From positions 64,001-128,000 of the forward strand of contig CAWAHW010000007.1 of assembly GCA_963781885.1 (NCBI GenBank): a stretch of DNA of 64,000 bases, read 5' to 3'. The DNA comes from an uncultured Spirochaetota bacterium (lineage in GTDB: Bacteria > Spirochaetota > Spirochaetia > SZUA-6 > Fen-1364). The position numbers and the translations under genes are program-made. This document shows, one piece after another, positions 11,465-25,272 of this stretch (the first letter of the stretch is position 1; every line of letters starts with the position of its first letter). Under the pieces are notes generated by a model. The model ran no database searches and was not told the origin of the DNA. It worked only from the letters and a program-made list of their open reading frames with translations.

Positions 11465-12493
11465 GTGAAAATCGGTGCGGGCGGGATCGGCCGGGAACGG
11501 TGGCGGAGATTCAAGGCGAACCGGCGCGGCTTCGTCTCGCTCTGGATATTCCTCATCCTTTTCGGCGCGAGTCTCCTTGCCGAGCTGATCGCCAACGAGA
11601 CGCCTCTCCTCGTACGCTTCAACGGCCGGCTCTACGTGCCCCTGCTGAAGACCTTCACGGGCAGGGACTTCGGCGGGGAGTTCGGCACGGCCGCCGACTA
11701 TCGCGACCCATCGCTCGTGACGCTCATCTCCGCAAAGGGGTGGATGCTCTGGCCGCCGATCCACTTCCGTTTTGACACGATCAATTATGACCTTCCCAGC
11801 CCTGCGCCGTCCCCCCCCAGCAGCGTGAACTGGCTGGGCACAGATGAGAACGGCAAGGACGTCCTTGCCATCCTGATCTACGGCTTCCGCATCTCGGTGC
11901 TCTTCGGCCTCACGCTCACCATATTCTCCAGCGCGATCGGCGTCGCCGCCGGGGCGCTGCAGGGCTACTACGGCGGACGCGTCGACATACTCGGGCAGCG
12001 ATTCATCGAGATATGGTCCGGCATGCCGACGCTCTTCCTCCTCATCATCCTCTCCAGCGTGGTGCAACCCAACTTCTGGTGGCTCCTCCTTATCACCCTG
12101 CTCTTCGGCTGGATGAGTCTCGTCGGCGTGGTGCGCGCGGAGTTCCTGCGGGCGCGCAATTTCGAGTACGTGATGGCCGCCCGCGCGCTGGGAATGAGCA
12201 ACGCGCGTATCATCTTCCGCCACATCCTGCCCAACGCAATGGTGGCCTCCCTCACCTTCATGCCTTTCATCCTCGGCGGGTCGATTACAACGCTGACGTC
12301 CCTGGATTTCCTCGGCTTCGGTCTGCCCGTCGGCTCACCGTCCCTCGGAGATCTTTTGGCCCAGGGCAAGGCGAACCTGCAGGCGCCGTGGCTGGGCATC
12401 TCGTCATTCCTGGTCCTTGCCGGCACGCTCAGTCTCCTTGTCTTCATCGGGGAGGCCGTGCGGGATGCCTATGACCCGCGGCGGGCGGTGTGA
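11465..12493 (+). CDS. yejE: Microcin C ABC transporter permease
   Basis: [23 protein letters not shown]. Confidence 0.92.
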   Translation: MKIGAGGIGRERWRRFKANRRGFVSLWIFLILFGASLLAELIANETPLLVRFNGRLYVPLLKTFTGRDFGGEFGTAADYRDPSLVTLISAKGWMLWPPIHFRFDTINYDLPSPAPSPPSSVNWLGTDENGKDVLAILIYGFRISVLFGLTLTIFSSAIGVAAGALQGYYGGRVDILGQRFIEIWSGMPTLFLLIILSSVVQPNFWWLLLITLLFGWMSLVGVVRAEFLRARNFEYVMAARALGMSNARIIFRHILPNAMVASLTFMPFILGGSITTLTSLDFLGFGLPVGSPSLGDLLAQGKANLQAPWLGISSFLVLAGTLSLLVFIGEAVRDAYDPRRAV

Positions 12494-14125
12494 TGGCGCC
12501 GAACGGGCGTGAGGCGTCGGCCGGCGCGGCGCTGCTTCGCATCAGCAATCTCCACATCGGATTCCGACGGGCAGGAGAGGTCAGGCGCGTCGTGCACGGC
12601 GCGGACTTCGAGCTTGCGGCAAAAGAGACGCTGGCGCTCGTGGGGGAAAGCGGGTCGGGAAAGACCGTGACCGCCCAGGCGGTCCTGCGCCTGATACCGG
12701 AAAGCCTCATTGCGTATCCCGAGGGAACGGTGGAGTTCCTGGGTCGGGACGTACTTGCGATGAGCCCGCGCGAGCTCCTGGGCATCCGCGGCAGCGAGAT
12801 CGGCATGATATTCCAGGAGCCCATGTCGTCCCTTAATCCCCTCCATACCATCGAGAAGCAGATCGTGGAGACCCTGACCCTCCACCAGGGGCTCGCGCGG
12901 AACCGCGCCACGTCGGTTGCACTGGAGTGGCTCCTGCGCGTGGGTCTGCGCGATCCCGAGAAGCGCCTCAGGGCCTATCCCCACCAGCTCTCCGGCGGGG
13001 AGCGTCAGCGCGTCATGATCGCCATGGCCCTTGCCAACAGGCCGCGGCTTCTCATTGCCGACGAGCCGACGACGGCGCTGGACGTGACGATACAGGCGCA
13101 GATACTCGGGCTCATCAAGGCGCTGCAGCGGGAGCTGGGCATGGCGGTGCTCTTCATCACGCACAATCTCGGCATCGTGCGCCGGTTTGCCGACAGGGTC
13201 GCCGTCATGCACGACGGAAGGATCGTGGAGACGGGCCCGACGGACGCGATTTTCCGCTCCCCGGCGGACGCCTACACGAGGTCGCTCCTGGCCACCGAGA
13301 CGCGCGGCGACCCGCCCGCGGCCGATCCTGCACGGCCGATGCTCCTGGCCGCGGAGAATCTCAAGGTCTGGTTTCCCGTGCAGACCGGATTCCTTCGCCG
13401 CACAAAGGGCTACGTGAAGGCTGTCGACGGCGTGTCGTTCGCGCTGCGCCGCGGGGAAACGCTGGGCATCGCGGGGGAGAGCGGGTCGGGCAAGACGACG
13501 CTGGGCCGCGCCTTGCTGCGCCTCGTGCCCAGCACGGGTACGATCGTCTTTGATACGTCGCGTGTCGACCGTCTCTCCGCCCGCGAGATGCGCCCCTTGC
13601 GGCGCCGCCTGCAGATCATTTTCCAGGATCCGTTCGGAAGCCTGAGCCCGCGCATGTCGGTGGAGCAGATCATCGGCGAGGGGCTTTTTGTCCACGATAT
13701 CGGCGATCCGGGCGAGCGGGAGAAGCGGATCGTCGATGCGATGCAGGAGGTGGGACTGGATCCCGCGCAACGCCACAGGTACCCGCACGAGTTCTCCGGC
13801 GGGCAGAGACAAAGGATCGCTCTGGCGCGGGCGCTCGTTCTGAAGCCGTCCATTCTCGTGCTCGACGAGCCGACCTCATCGCTGGACCGGACCGTCCAGT
13901 TCCAGGTCATCGAGCTCCTGATCAGGCTCCAGCGGGAGCACGGCCTCACCTACATCTTCATCAGCCACGACCTGTCGGTGCTGCAGTCGATCTGTCACGA
14001 GCTTGCCGTCATGCGCAACGGGGTGATCGTTGAAGTCGGGCCCCGCGCGCGAGGTCTTTGCCGCCCCGCGGCATCCCTACACGCGGGAGCTGATCACGAC
14101 TGCGTTCGAGACGCTGGCAACCTGA
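12493..14125 (+). CDS. yejF: Dual-domain ABC ATPase (frameshift at CCCC, 14041-14044)
   Basis: Two GESGSGKT Walker A motifs, LSGGERQR and FSGGQRQR signatures; shifted frame ends [10 protein letters not shown]...*. Confidence 0.9.
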
Positions 14126-14133
14126 CGCGATAG

Positions 14134-16578
<2,445 letters not shown>

Positions 16579-16581
16579 GTT

Positions 16582-16624
16582 ACGGGCCCTAAGGGCGCAC
16601 CTTCGGCGCGCCCTTAGGGCCCGT
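16582..16624. terminator. 17-bp perfect hairpin with C(TTCG)G loop after katG
   Basis: ACGGGCCCTAAGGGCGC / GCGCCCTTAGGGCCCGT. No U-tract, so it may be a stabilising or U-less terminator hairpin. Confidence 0.6.
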
Positions 16625-16738
16625 CTCGCGGCGACATGACCAAGCATAAGGTACGCCAGAATACCGGTCGTTCTCATCGTATGCCGACCAAGCACCGACG
16701 AAGAGACGATACGACCCCACCCGCAAAGGAAATCATCG

Positions 16739-16790
16739 CCAGGGGTCATCACCCGTTCACGGGAATGGGAGAGGCGGACTCCATCGCCTC
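16739..16790 (-). promoter_or_regulatory. Second, divergent fluoride-riboswitch-like motif
   Basis: GAGGCGATGGAGTCCGCCTC...CCCGTGAACGGG TGATGACCCCT: P1, P3 and pseudoknot with one mismatch. Confidence 0.6.
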
Positions 16791-16938
16791 ATGAACAAAA
16801 ACAGTGGGCTGCTTTCAGCCCGTTGCCAATCTTCTCTTCGACTTTCGTGAGAATGTGTCTATTGTCCTCGTGCCGGGCCCCAACCGTCTCCGTCCTTGAC
16901 TTCGTTCGGCGGCCCAAGTACCTTGGGTTTGCATATTT

Positions 16939-16988
16939 GGCGATGGAGTTCGCCGTTCAACCGCCCGTGGAGGGCTGATAACTCCTAC
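16939..16988 (+). promoter_or_regulatory. Fluoride (crcB) riboswitch
   Basis: GGCGATGGAGTTCGCC-GTTCAACCGCCC...GGGCTGATAACTCCTAC matches the crcB consensus; GGAGTT/AACTCC pseudoknot. Confidence 0.92.
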
Positions 16989-17019
16989 ACACCAACTCGT
17001 TGTGTAAGGAGGACTGCCC

Positions 17020-18225
17020 TTGGAACCCATTTTTGTTCTCGCCGGCATTTGGCCTCTCATCGCGGTCGTTGCGGCGATAATCGCGTATCACCTGGACATC
17101 TCGATCGCGCTCGTTGAGATCATCATTGGCGTCGCCGCGGGAGCCGTTGCCGACCATTTCTTCGGAAAAGACTCCCTCGGGAGCACTCAGCCCTGGCTGC
17201 AGTTCCTTGCTTCCATTGGCGCGGTTCTGCTGACTTTCCTCGCGGGAGCGGAATTGGATCCCGCTGTGATGCGGACCAAGCTGAAGGAAGTCTCGGTCAT
17301 CGGGATCATCGGCTTTGCAGCTCCGTTTGCTGGCGGCACGGCTGTCGCCCGTTTCCTTCTGGGATGGACCATTCCCTCGAGTCTTCTTGGCGGGATCGCC
17401 CTTTCTACCACTTCCATGGCCGTCGTGTACGCGGTCATGCTCGAGACGGGGCTTAACAAGACCGACTTCGGCAAGGGAATTCTCGGCGCCTGTTTCGTCA
17501 ACGACCTTGGCACCGTCATCGCCCTGGGCCTGATGTTTTCGCCATTCACGTGGAAGACTCTCGTGTTCATTGGTGCAAGCGGGGTCGTCATCGGCACGCT
17601 TCCGATCGTGACGCGGTTCCTGACCCGGGTATACGGAAACCGCACCGCCGCCATAAGGACAAAGTGGATTCTCGCGGTCCTGCTGGGATTGGGGGGCCTG
17701 GCGTACTGGTCGGGCAGCGAGGCAGTTCTTCCGGCCTACGTCGTCGGGATCGTTCTCGCGGAGTTCGCCAACGCGGAGCACCAATGGCTTCGGCGGCTGC
17801 GCACGCTCACAACTGGCTTCCTCACGCCCTTCTATTTCATCAGGGCAGGTTCCTTCGTTTCCGTCCCGGCCCTGATAGCGGCGCCGGCTGCTTTTCTTCT
17901 GCTCTTCCTTGCCAAGATTCTCTCAAAGATCTTTGGCCTCTTCCCGGTCATCTCGCGTTTCAAGAAGCAGCCCCAGGAGCGGTGGTACTACACGCTCATG
18001 ATGTCGACCGGGTTGACCTTTGGCACGATTTCTGCCCTGTACGGTTTCAGCCACGGCATCATTGATCAAGCGCAGTATTCCGCTCTCGTGACGACTGTCA
18101 TTGGAAGCGCGGTGATTCCCACCCTTATCGCAGGGCGCCTGTTCCTGCCCCGCCACCTCCTGACGCCCGTGGAGCTCAAGAGGCACGTGGTGCGGGTCCC
18201 TGAAGGGAGCCCTGCCGACGAATGA
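17020..18225 (+). CDS. Cation:proton antiporter (CPA2 / Na+/H+ exchanger family)
   Basis: About 12 TM segments, FLAGAELD, STTSMAVV, FVNDL motifs; SD AAGGAGG before TTG. Confidence 0.88.
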   Translation: MEPIFVLAGIWPLIAVVAAIIAYHLDISIALVEIIIGVAAGAVADHFFGKDSLGSTQPWLQFLASIGAVLLTFLAGAELDPAVMRTKLKEVSVIGIIGFAAPFAGGTAVARFLLGWTIPSSLLGGIALSTTSMAVVYAVMLETGLNKTDFGKGILGACFVNDLGTVIALGLMFSPFTWKTLVFIGASGVVIGTLPIVTRFLTRVYGNRTAAIRTKWILAVLLGLGGLAYWSGSEAVLPAYVVGIVLAEFANAEHQWLRRLRTLTTGFLTPFYFIRAGSFVSVPALIAAPAAFLLLFLAKILSKIFGLFPVISRFKKQPQERWYYTLMMSTGLTFGTISALYGFSHGIIDQAQYSALVTTVIGSAVIPTLIAGRLFLPRHLLTPVELKRHVVRVPEGSPADE

Positions 18226-18260
18226 CACGTTGCTGCGCCCCGTCGCGTCGCTTTCGCTGT

Positions 18261-18345
18261 TGCCGGCGGTCGGACTTGAACCGACACGGGCGTTGCCACC
18301 CACCAGATTTTGAGTCTGGCATGTCTGCCATTTCATCACGCCGGC
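18261..18345 (-). tRNA. tRNA-Leu(CAA)
   Basis: Cloverleaf GCCGGCG...CCAGA-CTCAAAA-TCTGG, long variable arm, GGTTCAAGTCC; CCA not encoded. Confidence 0.95.
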
Positions 18346-18355
18346 GTAGGGGTCG

Positions 18356-18384
18356 AGCATAGACGGGGCCCGGCGGGGTGTCAA
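18356..18384 (-). promoter_or_regulatory. sigma70-type promoter of tRNA-Leu
   Basis: TTGACA-N17-TATGCT. Confidence 0.7.
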
Positions 18385-18476
18385 CAAAGCCGCCGGTTGG
18401 AGGCAGACCGCCGGCATCTGGCCGCAACGTCTGCGCGCTTGCCTCCGTATGCCGATTCCGGTAGGGTAGGGAATCG

Positions 18477-18550
18477 GGGCCCATAGCTCAGTTGGTTAGA
18501 GCGGCGGACTCATAATCCGTTGGTCCGGGGTTCAAGTCCCTGTGGGCCCA
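18477..18550 (+). tRNA. tRNA with CAT anticodon, probably tRNA-Ile2 (alternatively elongator Met)
   Basis: GGGCCCA acceptor stem, GCGGA-CTCATAA-TCCGT; fully paired 1:72, so not an initiator. Confidence 0.9.
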
Positions 18551-18585
18551 CTATTCTCGCGGCGCCCTGCGCGGACCGAAGCGGA

Positions 18586-21500
18586 CTATTTCTCCATCAT
18601 CGCCTTCACGCGCGCCAGCAGGTCGTCGGGCCGGAAGGGCTTGCTCAGGAAGGGGAGCGATGAGGCGCTTTCAGACGAACGGAAGCGCGCATCGTCCGTG
18701 TAGCCTGACATGTAGAGGATGGGGAGCTTCGGCCGGGTGCGTGCAAGGCGCTCGCCCATCTCGATGCCGCTCATGCCGCCGGGCATGACGACGTCGGTCA
18801 CGACCAGGTCGAGCGCGGCGTTGCCTTCCGCGACAAGAAGCGCCTCGCGGGCCGATGCCACGGGCGTCACCGTATAGCCGCCGCGCTCCAGCACCTTGCG
18901 GGCCAGCTCGCGGACATTCGTTTCGTCCTCCACCAGAAGGACGGCGCCGCTGCCGGCCGAGAGGACGCGCGGCGCTTCCTCGACCGCGGCCGCGGCCCGC
19001 GAGGCGGGGATGTGCGGAAGAAACACGGTGAACGTGCTTCCCTCGTTCTCGGCGCTCTGCACCCTGATGCCGCCACCGGACTGCGTGACGATTCCGTAGA
19101 CCGTCGAAAGCCCCAGCCCCGTGCCCTTTCCCTCGTCCTTCGTCGTGAAGAAGGGCTCGAAGATGTGCGCCCGCGTGTCCTCCGACATTCCCACGCCAAA
19201 GTCCTGGATCCGCAAGATCGCCCACTTGCCCGGCGGCACGTCAGGGGGAAGCTTTGCGCGCGCGGCGAGCCCCCCGTCCGCCTGTGTGACGACGCCGGAC
19301 GGCCCCACTTCAACCGGGCCGGTCTCCATGATCAGCCTCCCTCCGTGCGGCATTGCGTCGCGCGCGTTCACGGCGAGATTCATGAGGATCTGGTCGATCT
19401 GCGCGTGGTCCGCGCGGATGCACAGTTCGTCCTGCGCGAGGCGCACCTCCAGGTCGATGTCCTCGCCGATGAGGGGACGCAGCAGCGTGACGGAGGTCGC
19501 CACGAGCTTGTTCAGGTCCAGGACCGCGGGCTGGAGGATCTGCTTGCGGCTGAAGGCGAGCAGCCGGCTCGTGAGCGCGGAGGCGCGCTTGATCGTCGTG
19601 CGGATCTGGCCGAGGTCCGCGAGCGCCGCCTCATTGTCCTGCAGGTTGTCGGACAGGAGGCTCGTGTACCCCGAGATCACGGTCATGAGGTTGTTGAAAT
19701 CGTGGGCGATGCCGCCTGCCAGCCGGCCGATGGCCTCCATCTTCTGCGACTGGAGGAGCTGTTCCTGCGTCTGGCGAAGCTGCTGGATGGTCCCTTCCAG
19801 ATCGCGCATGAGCCGCGTCTTGCGCCACGCGGCGGCCGCCTGGTGCGTGAAGGCCGTGAAGATCTGCAGGTCCTCGGGGCCCAGGTCCTCACCCGAGATC
19901 GCCAGGAGCCCGAGCGGGGCATCGCCGACGAGCAGGGGCGCGAGAATGACGCCGTAGGCGGGTGCCGCCTCCCCGACGGGACCCGGCGCCGCCGGGCAGC
20001 TCGAAGAGCAGCTCGATTGCCGCTCCTCCGAGCGTCGTGAAGAGCGCCGTGCGCCCCTCCATGGCCTGGGCGACCTCGGGGATGCCCTCCGTGGGAAGCC
20101 AGGGGCTTTCGTCGTCGGCCGCGCCGACGGTGACCTCGGTCGTGCGTCCGCTGCCACGGCAGTGCACGCGCAGCGATGGGTCCGAATCGGACTCGATGAT
20201 GAACACCGCCGAATCGAAACCGAGCCCCGCCAGGACGCGCACCGCGGAGGGGAAGATCTCCGCTGGCGTGAGCGCCTGTTCCATGGCGAGGGTGGCGGCA
20301 TTCAGCGACTGCAGGAGGCGCTCGGTGCGCTTGCGGGCGGAGATGTCCGTGACGATGCCGAGGATGGCGGGCCTGCCGTCGTAGTGGATGAGCTTCGTCG
20401 TGAGGATGGCGTCGATGTTCTTGCCCCCATGGGCGACAAACACGCATTCGTAGGGGGGGACCTCCTCGGCGCGCAGGTGCCGGTCGAAGCCCTGGACGAT
20501 GACCGAGCCGTAGCCGGGCGCGGTGAGCCTGCGGAAGTCGAATCCCGGGGCGTATATCTCGGCGCGCGTCCAGCCCAGCATCGTCTCGCACTGCTGGTTG
20601 GCATAGACCATGCGCCCGTCGGCGTGGATGAAGATCATGTTCGGCGACTGCTCGGCGAGATTGCGGAACTTCTCCTCCGACTCGCGGAGCACCTTCTCCG
20701 TCCGCTGGCGCACGGAAAGCTCCGTGCGGACCTCCTCGTACAGCCGCGCATTCTCCACCGCGATCGCCACCTGGTCGGCGATCGTGGAGGCCAGGAGCAG
20801 GTCGTCGGCATCGTAGCGGTGGGCGCGGTAGGTCTGCACGCTCATCACGCCCGTGATGCGCTCCCCGATGAGCATCGGCACGCCGATCCACGAGGTGGGG
20901 ATCTTGCCCGTGCCCCAGGCGCGCGGCGTCGAGCCCTGCGTGGTCTCCCGCGTGACGTCGTTCACCAGGAGGGGAGAGCGAGCGGCGACGACGCGCGAGG
21001 TGAGGCTCTTGCCCATGGGCTCGCGGACGGGCGGCTCCCTCTTTCCCTCGTCCACCTGGATGCGGAAATCCAGCACGTCCGCCGGGGCGTCATAGAGGGC
21101 GATGAAGAAGGCGTCCGCCTCGAAGATGCGCGCGACCTCGCGGTAGACGATCTCCAGCAGGTCGTCGAGGTCGAGCACCGCTCCTGCCGCCGATGCGATG
21201 CGGTTGACCAGGGAGAGGCGCTCGGCGCGGCGCCGGGTCTCGTCGTACAGACGGGCATTCTCGATCGCGCTGGAGAGCTGGTCCGCGATGGTCTGGAGGG
21301 TGAGGAGGTCCTTGTCGCCGAACTGGTCGAGGTTGGCGCTCTGGACGTCGATCACGCCGATCACCTTGTCGCCGCGCACGATCGGCACGGCGAGCTCGGA
21401 CCGGGTCTTTCCGGGAAGGAGCTCCACGTAGCGCGGCTCCTTGCGCACGTCGCCCACCAGGAGGGGCTGGCCGGAGCCCGCCACCCATCCGCAGATACCC

Positions 21501-22414
21501 TCGGCGCCGACCTTCAGACGGTGGACGCCGGGCGTGAGGGCCGCGGTTGGCAGGGTGGTCGAGCGCAGGACGAGGTCCTCGCCGTCGACGAGCAGGATGG
21601 CAACGGTGTAATAGTCGAAGGTGTCCCGGATCCGCATCGCTGCCTGGTTGAAAAGCTCGTCGAGCTCCAGGAGGTTCGCGGTGCGGCGGCTGATCTCGGA
21701 GATGAGCTCCTGCCGATGCGCCCGTTCACGGAGGTCGGCGGTCAGGTCGTGCAGCGGGTTAAAGAGGCGCCACCGCATGATCCTCCAGCCCATGATGCCC
21801 ATGCTCGCCGCGCTCGTGACCGGCAGCAGGGAGAGCGAAGGGGAGATGATGCCGCTCACGAGGCACCCGACGAACAGGAGGATCGCGCCCGCGGCGAAGT
21901 AGGGGTCGCTCGCCTGCCGACGGCCGGAATAGAGAACGACGATCGACGTGAGGAGCACCGCGGCGGAGGCGAAGGCGGTCGCATAGCCCCAGGTCGTGAA
22001 GGAATAGACGATGCCGCCGGCAGCGGTCATCGCGGGAGCAAAGACAAGGCGGCCCTGGAAAAGCGGCCGGAGATGCACGACGAGCGCGGCGAAAGCCGCC
22101 CCGGCGACGAACAGAGGCCAACGTCTGCGCGCGCGCATGTAGTGCGTGGAGAAGACGAGGAGGGAGATGCCGAGCAGGGCGAAGAAGATGATGCTGAAGG
22201 AGAGAAAGACGGGGGGACGGCCGACGTGGAACCAGAGCGAGAGGCGCAGGAGGATGAAGCTGACCGACCACCCGGTCTCAGAAAGCGTGAAGAGCACGAA
22301 GGCGCGATTGAGCCTCTTGCGGATTCCGGCCCCGCCGACGATGAGCAGGAGCGCCGTGGAGAGCGACAGGGCGAGAGACAGGCAGACAATGTCGAGCACA
22401 AGCAGGGCCGGCAT
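18586..22414 (-). CDS. Membrane hybrid sensor histidine kinase (multi-TM, GAF, GAF, PAS, GAF, HisKA, HATPase, REC); frameshift near 19975
   Basis: AGGIAHDFNN H-box, GTGLGL G-box, VVTDVVMP receiver; two ORFs joined by one indel. Confidence 0.88.
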
Positions 22415-22478
22415 CGGGAGAATCTTCCTTAGTTAATGATCGGCACGGGCCGGCTTAATCTTCCCCGGAGACGGGGCT

Positions 22479-22964
22479 TTACCCCACCCTCTTGCCGCAG
22501 AGCGTCTCGACGCGGATGGCAATCACGCTCGTGCGGGCCAGTGACCCCGGCTCGTAAGAGGGCCTGCCGGGAGCGCCGGTGTAGTGGCGCATGATCGCAT
22601 CCAGTCCGCGTCGGCGCTCCTCGTCGTCTTCCACGATGCGCGCGGTTCCCGTTCCGACGATGCTCCGCCCCGTGCAGGAAAAGCCGCACGCCGCGTTTCC
22701 CGCAACCACGCTCATCTCGGTTGCCGCGCTGAAGCCGACGGAGGCGTGCGCGGTCAGGAGATCGATCTTCGCTCCCTCCCGTGCGCCGTGCACATACAGG
22801 ATGCCGTCCACGACGCCGAAGCAGACGGGCAGCACATACGGGGCAGGGGTGTCGGCGAGCGCAAGAAAGAGGAGCTTCGCCTCGGAGAGGATGGCGTCCA
22901 ATTCGCCGGGTTCAGTGATCTCCCGCGCGGAACGCCGCAGGGGTCGGGTGTGCGTGCCCTTCAT
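22479..22964 (-). CDS. Pyridoxamine 5'-phosphate oxidase-like (NimA-type) flavin-binding protein
   Basis: LRRSAREI, PYVLPVCFG, YVHGAREGAK. Confidence 0.85.
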   Translation of the reverse strand: MKGTHTRPLRRSAREITEPGELDAILSEAKLLFLALADTPAPYVLPVCFGVVDGILYVHGAREGAKIDLLTAHASVGFSAATEMSVVAGNAACGFSCTGRSIVGTGTARIVEDDEERRRGLDAIMRHYTGAPGRPSYEPGSLARTSVIAIRVETLCGKRVG

Positions 22965-22976
22965 GCCGCGCGCCGC

Positions 22977-23946
22977 TCAGGCGAAGCGTTCCTGCTCTTC
23001 CGCGGGGTCTTCGCAAAGGAGGCTGTCGAGCCGGCGCAGCGTGCGGAAATAGTCCTTCTCCTCGAATATGCCGCCGAACCGGAAGATGGACGCCATGCGC
23101 GGCGGGAGCGCTTCCACGACGGCGCGGGACACGGAGATCGTCCCGGGTCGCGTCGCCATCTTTTCCAGGTGCGCGGCATAGTTGATGACGTCGGAGACAA
23201 TAGTACCAGTATCGATGGCGAATTTCACGCGGCCGGTGTCGATGCCGATCCGCAGGGCGACGTCGCTGGCCGGAGAGCCCGAGGCGGCGATGTTGAACAC
23301 CGGCACGGTGCTCTGCACCTCGATGGCAAAACGCACGGCGCGCGCGGCGTGATCCTTCATGGCGAACGCGATGATGCCGCCGTCACCGGCCCACGACCAG
23401 ATGCGCCCGTCCACCGCCTGGAGCTTCTCCCGCACGAAGCTCCAGAGCGTGTACACCATTTTCTCCGCGCGCTTCACGCCGAGCTTCCGCGTCTTTTCGG
23501 AGTTGCCGACGATGTCGATGCTCGCGATGGTGATGTCGTACTCCCGGCCGCTCTTGAGACAGCCCCAGTTGGGAAGGTCGTGCGGGTCCGACCGCATGGG
23601 CACGACGGCACCGGTCTTGAAGTCGTAGTGGAGCCCGGCCCGGACCAGCCGGCCCAGGAACTCCTCCAGGCCGTCCACCTGCACGGTGCGTCCCTGCACG
23701 GAGCTCTCGTCCAGCTCGACCACGAGCTTGATGAGAGACTCGAACCCGGTCGCCTCGGTCGCACTCGTTTACCAGCAGCCCCGCGCACTTGTGCGCGGAC
23801 AGGGAGATGTGGTTGCGTTTCCCCGCAACCTCGTTCGAGTCGAAGCATCCCAGTACGAGGCGCCCGAGCTCGTTGACCTCCGCCGTCTTGAAATTGGCGG
23901 CGATCAGCTCGATCAGGTCATTGCGTATCGCCGGCTCCAGCTGCAT
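22977..23946 (-). CDS. Class III nucleotide cyclase domain protein with an unknown N-terminal domain (frameshift near 23745)
   Basis: SIDIVGNS, WAGDG, LRIGIDTG, VINYAAHLE. Confidence 0.78.
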
Positions 23947-24038
23947 GCGCTCGTTCCTTCGTCAGTTGAGTGATATTCAGCTTATTCTATATATCTACGA
24001 TATGATTGCGAAAAAATGGAACGATTGGAGATATTGTG

Positions 24039-24066
24039 ATTATACACACGCGGCACGAGTTGTCAA
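24039..24066 (-). promoter_or_regulatory. Consensus sigma70 promoter upstream of the cyclase gene
   Basis: TTGACA-N16-TATAAT followed by an AT-rich leader. Confidence 0.75.
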
Positions 24067-24106
24067 TGAAAATCTGCGGGATGATGCGGCACGCATGCAG
24101 CAGGCG

Positions 24107-25158
24107 CTAGAACTTGACCTTCACTGCCGCTTTTTTCTCGTCTGAGATGAAGCTCGCGTCGAGATACGCCTGCACCTTCGCACCGTTGCGGAAATCCGAG
24201 ACATCGCTTTCACCGGTGCGTACCGCGGTGATGAATCTCTGGAATTGCGTCGGCGTGGGCCGGCAGCGGACATCCTTCCATTCCGCCTTGAGGATGGATT
24301 TGCCGCGGGTCACCCTGTAGAGGTCGTAGGAGGTGTCCAGGTCCACCTCCACGGCTCCTTCGTCGCCGTAGGCGCGCACGCGAAGGCTGTTCATTTGCCC
24401 GGTGGCCCACCTCGACGCGTGCACGGTGCCCAGGCCGCCGCCGGCGAATGTCACCGTGGAGACGAAGCTGTCGTTCGCGTCAAGGACGTAGGGCCCGATC
24501 CGGTTTCCCTTGACGCCCTTGTCGAAGGTTTTCAGGGTGCAGGCGATCTGCGCGATGTCGCCGCAGAGCAGCGCGGTGAGATCGTAGATGTGGCAGCCGA
24601 TGTCGCCCAGCGTGCCGGCGCTTCCGTGACGGATGGACAGCCGCCAGATGAGCGAGTCGCTGGTGCGCCAGTCTCCCCATGCGTCCTGCACGAGCCAGCT
24701 CTGCAGGTAGCTCGATTCGACGTGCAGGACGCGCCCGATGCCGCCCTTCTGGATCAGCGCCGCGGCTGCTTGCGCGCCGCTGGAGTTGCGGTAGGAAAAG
24801 TTGACCTGCGTGACGACCTTGCGGCGCTGCGCGGCATCCCGCATTGCGCGCGCATCGGCGAGCGTCGTTGCAAGCGGTTTCTCGCAGAGCACGGGCAGGC
24901 CGCGCGCGATTGCCGCAAGCGATATGGGCGCGTGCATCGCGTCCACGGTCACGTTGGAGATGGCATCGAGCTTCACCGCGTCCAGCATTTCACTGTAGTC
25001 GGTGAACCAGCGCGGATCTTCCACCGTGCGGCGAACGCTGCCGCTCTCTTCCCGTCGATGTCGCAGCAGGCCGCCAGCGCGACCCCCTTCATCTGTGCGA
25101 AACTCCGGGCATGCCCGGCGGCCATGCCGCCCGTGCCGATGATCCCCAACCGTATCAT
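24107..25158 (-). CDS. Gfo/Idh/MocA oxidoreductase (frameshift near 25012)
   Basis: IIGTGGMA, LCEKP, GTLGDIGCH. Confidence 0.88.
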
Positions 25159-25272
25159 GGGCGCCACTGTAGTCCCCGCACCGCACGGGGTCAATCCCGG
25201 CCCGTTCCTCTTGCGCCGCCGTGCAAACCGGACTATGCTCCTCGGGCTGCTTGTTTTCGCGAAGGAGAGATA

